Shown in pieces: positions 39,779 through 51,370 of a stretch of 64,000 nucleotides of DNA (positions within the stretch are counted from its first letter, which is position 1; the number at the start of each line of letters is the position of its first letter). The stretch spans positions 640,001 to 704,000 of the forward strand of contig CAVQBA010000004.1 in assembly GCA_963710605.1 (NCBI GenBank). Direction: 5' to 3'. Below the pieces are notes generated by a model that searched no databases, was not told the origin of the DNA, and saw only the letters and a program-made list of their open reading frames with translations. Position numbers and translations under genes: made by a program. This DNA is from an uncultured cyanobacterium. Its GTDB lineage: Bacteria; Cyanobacteriota; Cyanobacteriia; Cyanobacteriales; Cyanobacteriaceae.

Positions 39779-40330
39779 CTAAATAAAACTACCATCGGGC
39801 ATCATAACACCAGAAACGATCGCATTATCCCAAGAAATACCTTGAATTTTAGCGTCTTTCAAACAAGCACCTACTAGATAACTATTATCTAAATTAACAT
39901 TAGTCAAATTTGCTCCCGTCAAATCCGCATTGATTAAATTAACATAACTCAAATCCGCATCAGTTAAATTAGCATAAGACAAATCAACTTCTCGTAAAAA
40001 ACCTGAGCGTAAAATCACCTCGCACAAATTGGCCCGCTTTAAATTAGCTTCTCGTAAAGAAATTTTATACATTAATGCTCTAGCAAAATTAGCTTCAGTT
40101 AAATCAGTATAATCAAGATAAGCTTGAGTTAAATTGACCAATTCTAAATTAGCTTGAGAAAGACTTGCCTTATTGAGATTGATGTAGCTCAAATTAGCTT
40201 CAACTAAACTTGCTCTATTTAAATTAATTTCTTCTAATTTTATATTCTGCAAATCTTGTTGATATAGATCAACTTCGGTAAAATTTCGCTCTCCTCGACT
40301 GTATTGATCTATTAAATCCTCTTTTCTCAT
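39779..40330 (-). CDS. Pentapeptide repeat protein
   Basis: YSRGERNF followed by A(N/D)Lxx repeats and MPDG. Confidence 0.92.
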   Translation of the reverse strand: MRKEDLIDQYSRGERNFTEVDLYQQDLQNIKLEEINLNRASLVEANLSYINLNKASLSQANLELVNLTQAYLDYTDLTEANFARALMYKISLREANLKRANLCEVILRSGFLREVDLSYANLTDADLSYVNLINADLTGANLTNVNLDNSYLVGACLKDAKIQGISWDNAIVSGVMMPDGSFI

Positions 40331-40724
40331 ATGATACGTAATTAAGAACACAAAAATATTGAGTACATATACTTAAAGGTTAACGCTAGTTAATAATCTT
40401 AGTTTATTTCTTAAAAGAAATTTAAGTTATATTAAAAGAATATAAAAATCAAACTTACAGATACAGCAAGTACTAAAAAATACAGCCCATCAGAAACTAA
40501 TCAGACTAAATTAAAAGAATGAAGCTTAATCTTTAAAACTGGCAACTTATTTTTAATCCATAAATCATCTAATTGATTTAACCAAATCAAAATTAAATTA
40601 AAAGTTATCAAGGTATAGACTTCAATCAACAAAGATAAAACTTCTGAGTAAATTAACAATTTGCACTTCTGTTTTAAAACCAGTACCTAATAACTTTTAC
40701 TAATACTCCTGCGTTGAAAAAAAT

Positions 40725-42536
40725 ATGAAATTAGAAGTAACAAGAGAAAAGCTCATGGCAGACATCGCACTTTCAATACATCAGTCTTTGAATCTGGATG
40801 ATATTCTCAACCAAACAGTTACACAAATTAGAAAAGTATTAGAATTAGATCGAGTATTAGTGTATCGTTTTGAGCCAGATTGGAGTGGTATTATCGTCGC
40901 TGAGTCGGTTGTCTTTCCTTGTAATGCTGTCTTTGGCGAACAAATAAAAGACCCCTGTTTAAGTGAACATTTACGAGAACAATATTTTCATGGTAGGGTA
41001 CAAGTAGTTGAAGATATTTATACGGCTAATTTACATCCTTGTCATCTAGATGTTTTGGTTGCTTATCAAGTTAGAGCTAATTTAGTCATGGCGATCGTCA
41101 CAGAAGGTAAATTATGGGGCTTATTAATCGCTCAAAATTGCCATCAACCTCGTCGTTGGTTATTAAAAGAAATCGAATTTCTCAAACATATTTCGAGTCA
41201 TTTGGGTATGGCGATACATCAAACCCATTTACATCATAAGATGACTTGTTTTAATAATTATTTAGAAGTAAGAATTAAAGAGCGTACTGCTAAACTTCAA
41301 CGTAGTATTGAATTTGAACAATTAATTCGATCGTTGACTGAAAAAATTAGAGACACTCTTGATGAAGCAACTATTCTGCAAACTTTAACTCAAGAATTAG
41401 CACAGCTATTACAAATAAATCATTGCAAAATTGATCTTTATAATGCTGAACAATCCTCAACCCATATTGCTTATGAATATGCTCATAATGCTCCTGTTTG
41501 TAAAGGTGTGAACATAGAATTAGAACAGTTACCTAATTTTTATGCTCACCTTTTAAATAAAGAAACTTTACAGATAGTCGCAATCAAGCCAATTTTTTCT
41601 TCTGTCAATGAACGTTCAAACCGTCTTATTTGCCCTATTTTTGACGATCAAGGGGTTTTGGGTAATTTATGGCTAATTCGCTCTTATGACCAAATTTTTA
41701 ATGATTTAGAAGTTCGTTTCGTCGAACAATTAGCCACACAATGTGCGATCGCTATTCGTCAAGCAAGATTATATCAAGCTAGCCAAAAACAAGTTAAAGA
41801 ATTAGAAAAACTAAACAGTTTGAAGGATGATTTTTTAAAGACTATTTCTCATGAATTAAAAACTCCTATGAGTAGTATCATGGTGGGAATTCAAACCCTC
41901 AACAAAATAATTAAGGAAAAAGATAAATTATGGAATAGTCAGTCTATTTTCCAAAGAGTTTTTAACATTATTGAGCAATCGAGTCAACAGCAAAAACAGT
42001 TAGTCGATGATTTATTATCTTTGTGTTACTTAGATGCCCAAAAGGAAATCGTTGATTTAAAATCTATTAATATAGAACGATTTGCTAATATATTAATACA
42101 ACCTTTTGAGCAATATACCAAAAAGCAAGAACAAACATTAACAGTTCAAGTTTCTTCAGAGTTAGATGTATTTGAATCAGACCAAAATATCCTCAAAAGA
42201 ATTTTTACCGAATTGTTAAATAATGCTTGTAAATATACCCCTGCGAACGAAAATATTACTTTATCAGTTACCACCAATCAAAAAGAGAAAACGATTTTGT
42301 TTAAAGTAGCTAATTCAGGTGTAGAAATACCCGCAGAAGAAATACCCAAAATTTTTGATAAACTTTATCGTGTTCCGAATAATGATCCTTGGCGATATGG
42401 TGGAACGGGTTTAGGATTAACTTTAGTGAAAAAATTAGTCGAACTTTTACACGGAGAAATTACGGTTAGTAGTAGCGAGAATGTAACCAATTTTATGGTT
42501 GAGTTTCCCATTCACTTACCAACAAAAGATAGTTAA
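40725..42536 (+). CDS. GAF-GAF histidine kinase; GAF1 is a dual-Cys cyanobacteriochrome-type domain
   Basis: DRVLVYRF, IKDPCL, HPCH, SHELKTP, NNACKY and GGTGLGL motifs. Confidence 0.88.
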   Translation: MKLEVTREKLMADIALSIHQSLNLDDILNQTVTQIRKVLELDRVLVYRFEPDWSGIIVAESVVFPCNAVFGEQIKDPCLSEHLREQYFHGRVQVVEDIYTANLHPCHLDVLVAYQVRANLVMAIVTEGKLWGLLIAQNCHQPRRWLLKEIEFLKHISSHLGMAIHQTHLHHKMTCFNNYLEVRIKERTAKLQRSIEFEQLIRSLTEKIRDTLDEATILQTLTQELAQLLQINHCKIDLYNAEQSSTHIAYEYAHNAPVCKGVNIELEQLPNFYAHLLNKETLQIVAIKPIFSSVNERSNRLICPIFDDQGVLGNLWLIRSYDQIFNDLEVRFVEQLATQCAIAIRQARLYQASQKQVKELEKLNSLKDDFLKTISHELKTPMSSIMVGIQTLNKIIKEKDKLWNSQSIFQRVFNIIEQSSQQQKQLVDDLLSLCYLDAQKEIVDLKSINIERFANILIQPFEQYTKKQEQTLTVQVSSELDVFESDQNILKRIFTELLNNACKYTPANENITLSVTTNQKEKTILFKVANSGVEIPAEEIPKIFDKLYRVPNNDPWRYGGTGLGLTLVKKLVELLHGEITVSSSENVTNFMVEFPIHLPTKDS

Positions 42537-42696
42537 TCAATAATTAGTTATTCAATATAATGATTGATGCTTAGCTATTAGAATGTTTAATTATTAACTT
42601 TTTACTTTTTATTTTTACTTTAAACTTTAATAATCGCGATCGTATCTTAGTTGGTTCTAATACAATAAAAGAAGATATTAATTAAAAAAATAAATT

Positions 42697-43020
42697 ATGG
42701 ATAATAAAGATTGGTTCAAACAACTGTTAATGATCGGTGTAGGTACAACTTCTTTAGCCGCAGAGAAAATGAAAGAAGCTAGCGAGCAATTAGTCTCTGA
42801 AGGCAAATTAGATCCTGAACGAGCTAAAGGAATGGTTGATGAGTTAGTAGACAAAATACAATCTGAGCAAGGTGGTTTTCAATCACAAATGGAAAAACAA
42901 ATTAAAAATGTTTTACAAGATTTAGGTGTACCTCGTCAGTCGGAAATGGATGAACTTAGAGGTAGAATCGATCGACTCGAACGTCAGATTAGAGATTTAG
43001 AAAATAAACTGTGGCGTTGA
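42697..43020 (+). CDS. Phasin-family/coiled-coil conserved protein
   Basis: LMIGVGTTSLAAEK and LGVPRQSEMDELRGRIDRLE motifs. Confidence 0.75.
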   Translation: MDNKDWFKQLLMIGVGTTSLAAEKMKEASEQLVSEGKLDPERAKGMVDELVDKIQSEQGGFQSQMEKQIKNVLQDLGVPRQSEMDELRGRIDRLERQIRDLENKLWR

Positions 43021-43088
43021 AGCACAAAGAAATAATTGATAGTCGATACCTAAAAATTGCTCGATTATCAAGCTCACAAGTTATTTAA

Positions 43089-44135
43089 TTAAGGTTGATA
43101 GCCTGAAGAAACTTCAGAATTCGATTTTTGTTTTTCTTCTGCTTTTAAAAGATCTAATTCACTCCATACTCTTTGTAAAAGACGATCGCAACCTTTTTTT
43201 GTCACCGCCGAAATTAAAAAGACAGGATGATTAGTAATCGCTTCAAACTGATGGGCAATTTCTACTTGAGTTTGCTCATCAACTGAATCGATTTTATTTA
43301 AAGCCACAATTTGCGGTTTTTCGCTTAAACCATGACCATAAGCAATTAATTCACCTTGTATTGTTTCGTAATCAACTAAAGGGTCTTCGGCGTTAAGATT
43401 AACTAAATGTAAAAGCAAACGAGTACGTTCAATATGACGTAAAAAATCGTACCCCAAACCAACACCATCAGATGCCCCTTCAATCAACCCCGGAATATCA
43501 GCAAAAACTGTTCCGTCACCTGTCAATTTACGTACTACACCCAAGTTAGGTACTAAAGTTGTAAAAGGATAATCGGCAATTTTGGGTTTAGCAGAAGACA
43601 ATGAAGAAATCAAAGTTGATTTACCAGCATTCGGTAAGCCAATAATCCCAACTTCAGCGATTAGTTTTAATTCTAACCGTAACATTTTAGTCTCACCTTC
43701 TAACCCCGGCAAAGCGTATTCAGGCGCACGATTACTATTACTTAAAAAATGTTGATTTCCTAATCCGCCTTTACCACCTTCGGCTATTACCGTCGTATCA
43801 TCAGGATTAACTAAATCAGCAATCAAAGCGTCAGTTTCTAAATCATAAACTAAAGTACCGCAAGGAACTTCTAAAATTCGATCTTTTCCTGATGCACCTG
43901 TACGATTACTCGAACCACCTCTTTTACCATTTTCGGCTTTAAAAAGTCGAGCATAGCGAAAATCGAGTAATGTTTGTAAATTTTCTACTGCCTTAAAAAC
44001 GATCGAGCCACCTCTACCACCTTTACCACCTGATGGGCCACCTGCGGGGACATATTTTTCCCGACGAAAGGCAACCATTCCGTCTCCGCCATCGCCTGCC
44101 TTGACTTCTATTTTAACTTGATCTATAAATTGCAT
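43089..44135 (-). CDS. obgE: GTPase ObgE/CgtA
   Basis: MQFID, FRREKYVPAGGP, GLPNAGKST, YPFTT, DIPG and NKID motifs. Confidence 0.97.
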   Translation of the reverse strand: MQFIDQVKIEVKAGDGGDGMVAFRREKYVPAGGPSGGKGGRGGSIVFKAVENLQTLLDFRYARLFKAENGKRGGSSNRTGASGKDRILEVPCGTLVYDLETDALIADLVNPDDTTVIAEGGKGGLGNQHFLSNSNRAPEYALPGLEGETKMLRLELKLIAEVGIIGLPNAGKSTLISSLSSAKPKIADYPFTTLVPNLGVVRKLTGDGTVFADIPGLIEGASDGVGLGYDFLRHIERTRLLLHLVNLNAEDPLVDYETIQGELIAYGHGLSEKPQIVALNKIDSVDEQTQVEIAHQFEAITNHPVFLISAVTKKGCDRLLQRVWSELDLLKAEEKQKSNSEVSSGYQP

Positions 44136-44468
44136 AACCAAACCTAAAAGTTAAGAGTTAATAGTTAAGAGTTAAGAGTAAAACAACTAACAACTCTTAA
44201 TTTGATAGTTGAAAATTATTAATTTAATAAACTTGCACTAATCAAAAGGATAAATGATATTAATAACTAAAAATTGTTTTGTTATTTGTTAAGTGTTGAG
44301 TATTCTATCTTTATCTTTTTTAAACAATATAATTTTTTTCTAAAAAAAGAAAAAATCAAGACAGGAAGACAAACATTAATCATGTTAACTCAGCCGCATG
44401 CCTTCCGCCTTTGATGAATTTTTATATTTATTAATCGGTAATCAACATCGTTAGTAGATGATAAAAAA

Positions 44469-45077
44469 TTACGCTTTACGAGAATAGTACTCAATTACGA
44501 GTAGTTCATTAACTGTCAAAGCAATCCATTCTCTTTCAACAATACCGTTAACTTTACCAATCAAAGTATTTTTATCAAATTCTAAATGATTAGGAAGATT
44601 AGCAAGTCCGGGGTTTAATAAATTATTTTTAACTAACGCTTGTGATTTTTCTTTGTTTCTGACTGCAACCACATCACCAGGGCGACATTGGTAACTAGAA
44701 ATATCGACAACTCTATCGTTAACTACAATGTGTCTATGATTCACTAACTGACGTGCGGCTGGAACAGTCGGTGCCATACCTAAACGAAAAATAGTATTAT
44801 CTAAACGCATTTCCAATAGTTGTAATAATACTAAACCAGTCGAACCATTAACACGACGAGCTTTTTTAATATAACGAACTAACTGCTTTTCGCTAACACC
44901 GTAGTTGTAACGAAGTTTTTGCTTTTCTTCTAAACGAATAGCATACTCAGAACGTTTACGACGACTTTGTCCATGTTGTCCGGGCGGATATTGACGACGA
45001 GCGTTTTTACGAGTCAACCCAGGTAAATCACCCAAGCGACGCACTACCCTCAAACGAGGACCTGTATATCGAGCCAT
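44469..45077 (-). CDS. rpsD: 30S ribosomal protein S4
   Basis: [22 protein letters not shown] and IEYYSR motifs. Confidence 0.98.
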   Translation of the reverse strand: MARYTGPRLRVVRRLGDLPGLTRKNARRQYPPGQHGQSRRKRSEYAIRLEEKQKLRYNYGVSEKQLVRYIKKARRVNGSTGLVLLQLLEMRLDNTIFRLGMAPTVPAARQLVNHRHIVVNDRVVDISSYQCRPGDVVAVRNKEKSQALVKNNLLNPGLANLPNHLEFDKNTLIGKVNGIVEREWIALTVNELLVIEYYSRKA

Positions 45078-45309
45078 AACTTAAGATTTTCTCCTTAAAT
45101 AATGAGATTTATTTTATATTTATACCCAAATATACCATTTTACACCAAACTTCGATTTTTATCATTACCTCATCGATAATTTAACGATCGTAATGAGTCT
45201 TAATCATGGGTGCAAACCTTGCACCCCTACATTTAAAATTTTGACCAGTCAATTCTATTAATTTAATTCTCAATTCTCAATTCTCCCCGAATAATTGCAA
45301 AGCAAGAAT

Positions 45310-46179
45310 TCATCTCCATTCTCCATTATTTACGTAGCTTCGGTAAGTATTTTGTAATAACATGGTTACAGTCATTGGTCCTACTCCACCGGGGACAGGA
45401 GTGATGTAACTAGCGATCGATTTAACTTCTTCATAAGCTACATCACCAACTAAACGCCCTTTACCATTTTCAGTCGGAATACGGTTAATTCCCACATCAA
45501 TCACTACAGCTTCAGGTTTCACCATCTCGGCGGTAATCATTTCGGGTTTACCAACGGCGGCGATGAGAATATCTGCTTGTTGAGTAATTTGGGCTAAATT
45601 TTGACTGCGAGAATGAGCGATCGTTACTGTAGCATTTTTTTCGAGTAACATCAAAGCGATCGGTTTGCCAACTAAAATACTTCTACCGACAACTACCGCA
45701 TTTTTACCCTCGATCGGGATATTATATTCATTAAGTATTTCCATTACCCCCGCAGGAGTACAACTTCTTAAACCCTCTTCACCTCTAACTAATTTACCTA
45801 AATTTTCGGGATGAAGCCCATCAGCATCTTTATGAGGAGCAATTTTGTGTAACAAGGCAACTGAGTCAAAATGATCGGGTAAAGGTAATTGTACTAAAAT
45901 ACCATCGACGCGTGAATCGTTATTTAACTCCTCTATAACGGCTTGTAATTGCTCTTGAGTTGTCGAAGAAGGGAAATGTTGCCCAAAAGATGTCATCCCT
46001 ATTTTTTGACAGGCTTTTTCTTTATTTCTCACATATACAGCACTAGCTGGATTATCTCCTACCATCAAAACAGCTAACCCCGGTGGTCTTTTTTTAAGCG
46101 GTATTTGTTCGGCAATTTGTTCTTGTAAACGAGACTGAATTTTTTGGGCTAAACCTTTACCGTCTAAAATTTTTACCAT
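45310..46179 (-). CDS. folD: Methylenetetrahydrofolate dehydrogenase/cyclohydrolase
   Basis: [28 protein letters not shown] and [11 protein letters not shown] motifs. Confidence 0.97.
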   Translation of the reverse strand: MVKILDGKGLAQKIQSRLQEQIAEQIPLKKRPPGLAVLMVGDNPASAVYVRNKEKACQKIGMTSFGQHFPSSTTQEQLQAVIEELNNDSRVDGILVQLPLPDHFDSVALLHKIAPHKDADGLHPENLGKLVRGEEGLRSCTPAGVMEILNEYNIPIEGKNAVVVGRSILVGKPIALMLLEKNATVTIAHSRSQNLAQITQQADILIAAVGKPEMITAEMVKPEAVVIDVGINRIPTENGKGRLVGDVAYEEVKSIASYITPVPGGVGPMTVTMLLQNTYRSYVNNGEWR

Positions 46180-46364
46180 GTCAATAATTGAAAACTAAAA
46201 TACAAATAAGATTGATTATATAACTCTAGTTGCTAGTTATTGATTTATCGCTCTTTAATGTTGGTGTAATGTGATTATTTCGATCGTTTATAACAAATTT
46301 CAAGCAATATCAAGAGCGGAATGATATTAAGAATAAAATGACGTTGAGAGCAGAATGATATTGA

Positions 46365-46447
46365 GGGCAGAATGATATTCTGCCCCTACGATTTAAAATT
46401 GGTTTAATTGTATTTATTTCCCGTAGGGGTTGAACAATGTTCAACCC
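46365..46447. repeat. Pair of GTAG-REP hairpins
   Basis: GGGCAGAATGATATTCTGCCCCTAC and GTAGGGGTTGAACAATGTTCAACCC. Confidence 0.85.
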
Positions 46448-46578
46448 GACAATCATTGTTCAACCCAATTAACCGAATTAACAATTACCAGTAAGTTAGC
46501 TCAGTCAAAAACAAAGCATTAGAAAAGAGAAGTTTTTTGTTAAACTAACTATTGGCATTGAGCAGGAGAAGAAAGACT

Positions 46579-47175
46579 ATTTTTACCCCACCACTAGCTC
46601 GACTAATCGAGCAACTACAAAAATTACCAGGTATCGGCCCTAAAAACGCTCAAAGACTAGCATTTCATATCATTAAACGATCGGATAGAGACACCGAAGA
46701 ATTAGCGTCGGCGATTATGGATGCTAAGAAAAAAGTCGGCTTTTGTCAACGTTGTTTTCATTTATCTGCTGAAGCTGTCTGTGAAATTTGTCGTAACCGC
46801 AATCGTCAGCAAGATACAATTTGTGTGGTTACGGATTCTAAAGACGTTGTTGCCTTAGAAAAAACCAGAGAATATCACGGGCTTTATCACGTTATTGGTG
46901 GTGTTATTTCGCCGATGGATGGAATCGGTCCTGAGCAACTTAATATTCAATCTCTGGTGCAAAGAGTAAGTAAAGAAGATATTGCTGAGGTAATTATTGC
47001 CATTAGCCCTAGTGTGGAAGGAGAGACAACGACGTTATATATCGGTCAATTATTAAAACCCTTTACACAGGTTACTCGGATTGCTTTTGGTTTACCGATG
47101 GGTGGAGATTTGGAATATGCTGATGAGGTTACTTTGGCTAGGGCATTAGAAGGAAGGAGAGCGATCGATAATTAA
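46579..47175 (+). CDS. recR: Recombination mediator RecR (probable ATT start)
   Basis: LPGIGPK, C4 zinc finger, YHVIGG, EGETT and LEYAD motifs; AGGAG at 46564. Confidence 0.95.
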   Translation: MFTPPLARLIEQLQKLPGIGPKNAQRLAFHIIKRSDRDTEELASAIMDAKKKVGFCQRCFHLSAEAVCEICRNRNRQQDTICVVTDSKDVVALEKTREYHGLYHVIGGVISPMDGIGPEQLNIQSLVQRVSKEDIAEVIIAISPSVEGETTTLYIGQLLKPFTQVTRIAFGLPMGGDLEYADEVTLARALEGRRAIDN

Positions 47176-47234
47176 GAATTGATATTAACAAAGCTACAGA
47201 ATCTTCAAATTAAAAAACGAGATAATTCACGCAC

Positions 47235-47594
47235 TTATAAATCTCTAGTGACATAATCTTGAAGAGATTCACACCGATCGATTGTATTACGGATAGTATC
47301 GGCAATTTCGGTAACAATGACTAAGTCATTACTAATCATTTCAGGTACATCTTCACCAATAAGTAATTTCCCCAAATTTTGTAAATTTGGTAAACCTTCT
47401 AAAAACAAAACTCTTTCAATAATTTTGTCCGCTTGTTTCATTAAATCGATCGAATATTTATATTCATACCCATTTAATGTATATAATCCCCAGCTTTTTG
47501 CCATTCTCGCATGGAGAAAAAATTGGTTGATTGCGGTTAGCTTCAATTTAAGAACGTTATTTAATTCTTGTCTGACTTGTTGTTGTCCTTGCAT
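47235..47594 (-). pseudogene. bfr: 3'-truncated bacterioferritin (BfrB-like)
   Basis: [13 protein letters not shown] and [13 protein letters not shown] motifs. The ORF stops at VTRDL (119 aa) with no helix-D sequence downstream. Confidence 0.8.
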
Positions 47595-47683
47595 ATCAAA
47601 ATAAAAATGATTCTTTTAATACTATATATGTTCTCTAGTGGTTTTTCACCAGATTTCAACCTAAATTAATTATAAAGCTATGT

Positions 47684-47698
47684 TGACAATTATTAGCA
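47684..47698. promoter_or_regulatory. Candidate Fur box between bfr and bfd
   Basis: TGACAAT-T-ATTAGCA, two mismatches to the 7-1-7 TGATAAT-N-ATTATCA consensus. Confidence 0.55.
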
Positions 47699-47744
47699 AT
47701 AATATCTATAATAATTGTAGATAAAAAATATGAGCCTGAAATTT

Positions 47745-47936
47745 ATGTACGTTTGTATTTGTAACGCAATCACCGAGAAAGATATTCATAATGCGGTAGG
47801 TGAAGGTATTAATTCGATTGAGAAATTATCAGAAACAACTTCTATTTCTAAGTGTTGTGGTTGTTGTACTGAGCATGCTTGTCAAGTAATCGCTCAAGCG
47901 TTAGGAAATAAAGGTTGCCCAAATAATCCTCTTTAA
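47745..47936 (+). CDS. bfd: Bacterioferritin-associated ferredoxin
   Basis: MYVCICNAITEKDI...CCGCC; divergent from bfr. Confidence 0.9.
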   Translation: MYVCICNAITEKDIHNAVGEGINSIEKLSETTSISKCCGCCTEHACQVIAQALGNKGCPNNPL

Positions 47937-47998
47937 TCAATTTAGATAAAATAGGTTTATTGATCAAATTAGATAAAATAATAACTAGTAGTTTTTAT

Positions 47999-48676
47999 TT
48001 AGTTGTTGCCATTTATTATCAATGACAACCAATCATTCATTTGTCGATATATTTGTTCTTGACGATCGTTTAATCCGTGATTGCTATTAAGCTCAATTAG
48101 ATTAGATTGTGGATTTTGTTGGGCATAAAGACGACTAGCAACAATCGGTACAGTCTCATCATGTGTACCGTGAAAAATTAAAGTAGGTATATGGTGGCGA
48201 ATCGTTGAATCGTTATATTTTTGCAAATCTTGCCAAAAAGTATAATTAAGTAATACTTGTTTTTGCTCTCCATAATGATAAACGGGTAGTTTTCCTGTTT
48301 GTTGCCATTGCAATAAACCTTGAGCTGGAATTTTACTCGACCAAGAATCCCAAAAATTTAATGCAGGTGCAAGTAAAATCAAAGCTTTAACTCGTTCGGG
48401 TAAATCATGAGCAATCCAATTAGCAGTTAAGCCTCCAAAACTTGAACCGATTAAGACAAATTGTTGATAGGGTTTTTGTGTAAGTATTTGTTTAACTTGA
48501 TTAATTTGCCTTGTCAAAGTAAGATTAGCAAAATCAGGTAGGTTGAAATCGATCGTATCAAGTTTGATACCTAATTGTTGATATTCTTGCTTAAAGTAAG
48601 CCGCTTTACGAGACAAAGGGCTAGAGGCAAGTCCGTGTAAATAAAGATATTGATAATTGGCTAAAGAGTTATCCAT
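47999..48676 (-). CDS. YqiA/YcfP-type alpha/beta hydrolase
   Basis: YLHGLASSP, GSSFGG and HGTHDETVP motifs. Confidence 0.88.
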   Translation of the reverse strand: MDNSLANYQYLYLHGLASSPLSRKAAYFKQEYQQLGIKLDTIDFNLPDFANLTLTRQINQVKQILTQKPYQQFVLIGSSFGGLTANWIAHDLPERVKALILLAPALNFWDSWSSKIPAQGLLQWQQTGKLPVYHYGEQKQVLLNYTFWQDLQKYNDSTIRHHIPTLIFHGTHDETVPIVASRLYAQQNPQSNLIELNSNHGLNDRQEQIYRQMNDWLSLIINGNN

Positions 48677-49080
48677 TAAAAAAGCTGGTGAAATTTGACA
48701 TTTATACTTTATATTATTAACGCATTAGAACACAGAGTAAGTAAGAATGGAGAATGAAGAATTCATCTTAACTTTCAATGAGATTGTTCGATCCTCTATT
48801 AGATTAGTCAGGATATAGATTAGGATAAAATAAGAAGTAAGAACTCTTTAAAAAAAGAATTTATAGTTTTATTAATCTTGTTAAAATTTTCTTTATTTAT
48901 CTAATGATCAATACTGGTAAATTAGAACAAGTATTAAAAATAAAAAACTTTTAATAGTCTGCCACTCAATCAATATGGCAATTAATAGAATCAATAATTA
49001 AAAAATTTTGCGACTCTAAATTTATCGTTAGAGAAAAATTAATCATTTATTACATCATAATAATACTCAATCAATAGTCT

Positions 49081-50325
49081 ATGCCTAATCAAACACAATG
49101 GATTAATGCGTTATCAACTAATGCTTCTTTGGAAAAAGCGATTGATGAAGTTACCCAAAAGATAAAAAATCAATTAACTACAACACCTAATTTAGGAATT
49201 ATTTTTATTTCTGCGGTTTTTGCTAGTGACTATCCTCGTCTGATGCCTCTGTTGTTAGATAAATTACCATTACCTTGTGTGATTGGTTGCGGCGGTGGTG
49301 GTATCGTGGGAATGAAAAACGACTATCAAGCGATCGAAATAGAGGCGACACCAGCTTTAAGTTTGACTGTTATGAGTTTACCTGATGTAGAAGTGATTCC
49401 CTTTCATGTAGTCGCTCAAGACTTACCTGATTTGGATAGTTCTCCTGATAAATGGTGCGATATGATAGGAGTGAAGATGGAACAATCTCCTAATTTTATT
49501 TTACTTTCTGATCCTTTTTCCGCCAAAATTAATGAATTACTAGAAGGTTTAGATTTTGCTTATCCTAGTGCGGTGAAAGTTGGTGGTTTAGCTAGTGCCA
49601 CAACAATGGGTGTAGGTAGTGGCTTATTTTATTTTGATGGTAATAATCAAGAATCGATGTTGGTAAATGAAGGTACAGTCGGGATTGCTTTTACAGGTAA
49701 TCTAACGATCGAATCTATTGTTGCTCAAGGTTGTCGCTCAATTGGTGAAACCTATCAAATTACCAAAGGAGAAAAAAACGTTATTCTGGAAATGACTGAT
49801 AATAAAGGTAAAACTGATACACCTTTAAATATGTTAAGAGAATTGATTAATAGTCTTAACCCTCAAGATCAAGATTTGGCTCAATATTCTTTGTTTTTAG
49901 GTATTGCTCGGGATGAATTCAAACTAGAATTAAAACAAGGTGATTTTTTGATGCGTAATTTAGTTGGTGTTGATCCTAAATTTGGTGCGATCGCAGTTGG
50001 AGATAAAATTAGATCAGGACAAAGAATTCGTTTTCATTTACGAGATGCTAAAGCCTCAGCCGACGACTTAGAAACGCTATTAACTAATCATTGCAACGAA
50101 ACCATAGATTCTAATTCAAACACGATCGGGGCATTAATTTTTTCTTGTTTAGGTAGAGGAGAAGGATTGTATGGTAAACCCAATTTTGATTCGCAGTTGT
50201 TTTTAGACTATATCAACGATATTAATCTAGCTGGTTTTTTCTGTAATGGTGAAATAGGTCCTGTCGCAGGTAGTACTTCTTTACACGGTTATACTTCGGT
50301 CTTTGGTATTTTTTCGCAAAACTAA
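49081..50325 (+). CDS. FIST-domain protein
   Basis: IGCGGGG, VGGLAS, VAQGC, FSCLGRG and GFFCNGEIGP motifs. Confidence 0.9.
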   Translation: MPNQTQWINALSTNASLEKAIDEVTQKIKNQLTTTPNLGIIFISAVFASDYPRLMPLLLDKLPLPCVIGCGGGGIVGMKNDYQAIEIEATPALSLTVMSLPDVEVIPFHVVAQDLPDLDSSPDKWCDMIGVKMEQSPNFILLSDPFSAKINELLEGLDFAYPSAVKVGGLASATTMGVGSGLFYFDGNNQESMLVNEGTVGIAFTGNLTIESIVAQGCRSIGETYQITKGEKNVILEMTDNKGKTDTPLNMLRELINSLNPQDQDLAQYSLFLGIARDEFKLELKQGDFLMRNLVGVDPKFGAIAVGDKIRSGQRIRFHLRDAKASADDLETLLTNHCNETIDSNSNTIGALIFSCLGRGEGLYGKPNFDSQLFLDYINDINLAGFFCNGEIGPVAGSTSLHGYTSVFGIFSQN

Positions 50326-50617
50326 AGTTTGAAATATCTTGTCCGATTTAATTTAGCTCTAAATTGAAGGTACAAGCTATTAGCTTTTAAAGATTATTAA
50401 TACTTACATTAAGTTTAAGTAGCTATTAGCTCTAGAATTAAAGCACAAAATCAGTTGACTCTTGACGATTAACCAGCTCTAACCCCTCTTTACCGAAGGA
50501 GGGAAACTAAAAAAAAATCAACGTTATAACTAATTTATTCATTACCATATTAATTAAAGTTAAGATAAAGACAGAGTAATTTTATTTTTCTGTTACATTT
50601 AATTTTAAAAAATCATT

Positions 50618-51370
50618 ATGCAATTAACATGGTTAGATAGCAATTCTTGGTTAATCGAGATAGCTGAGCTTCGTATTTTACTAGACCCCTGGCTCGTCGG
50701 TTCTTTAGTATTTAATAATTTAGATTGGTTATTAGAAGGGAAAAAAACAACTTCTCATCCAATACCTGAGAATATTGATTTTATTTTATTATCTCAAGGT
50801 TTAGAAGATCATGCCCATCCACCGACATTAGAAGTTTTAGATCATAATTTACCCGTTATCGCTTCAGTGAATGCGGCAAAAGTATGCAAGGATATGGGTT
50901 ATTCTGATGTCCGTGCGATCGATCATGGAGAGAGTTATGTGTTTGCCGATAAATTAGAAATAAAAGCTGTTAAAGGCTCTCGTGTTGGGCTAAATTTAGT
51001 TGAAAATGGCTATATCATCAAAGACTTAACTAGTAATGAATCTATTTATTATGAACCCCACGGTTTTCATGAGGCTAATTTAGAAAAACAAGATCCTGTC
51101 AAGGTAATTATCACTCCTTTAACTAGTATTAAAATACTAGCAGTGGCTCATGCAATCAAAGGGCAAGAATCAGCAGTCGAAGTTTGCCGTTGGTTACAAC
51201 CTGAGTATATTTTACCTACTGCTGGGGGCGGAGATGTTGAGTTTGAAGGAGTGTTAAATAAATTTTTAGTAAATGAGGGTACGATTGATCGTTTTCGAGA
51301 TTTATTACAGCAAGAAAATCTTAAGACAAAAGTAATCGAAACAAAGTCTTGGCAACCAGTAAGTATTTAA
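50618..51370 (+). CDS. MBL-fold metallo-hydrolase
   Basis: ILLDPWL, LSQGLEDHAH and YYEPHG motifs. Confidence 0.88.
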   Translation: MQLTWLDSNSWLIEIAELRILLDPWLVGSLVFNNLDWLLEGKKTTSHPIPENIDFILLSQGLEDHAHPPTLEVLDHNLPVIASVNAAKVCKDMGYSDVRAIDHGESYVFADKLEIKAVKGSRVGLNLVENGYIIKDLTSNESIYYEPHGFHEANLEKQDPVKVIITPLTSIKILAVAHAIKGQESAVEVCRWLQPEYILPTAGGGDVEFEGVLNKFLVNEGTIDRFRDLLQQENLKTKVIETKSWQPVSI

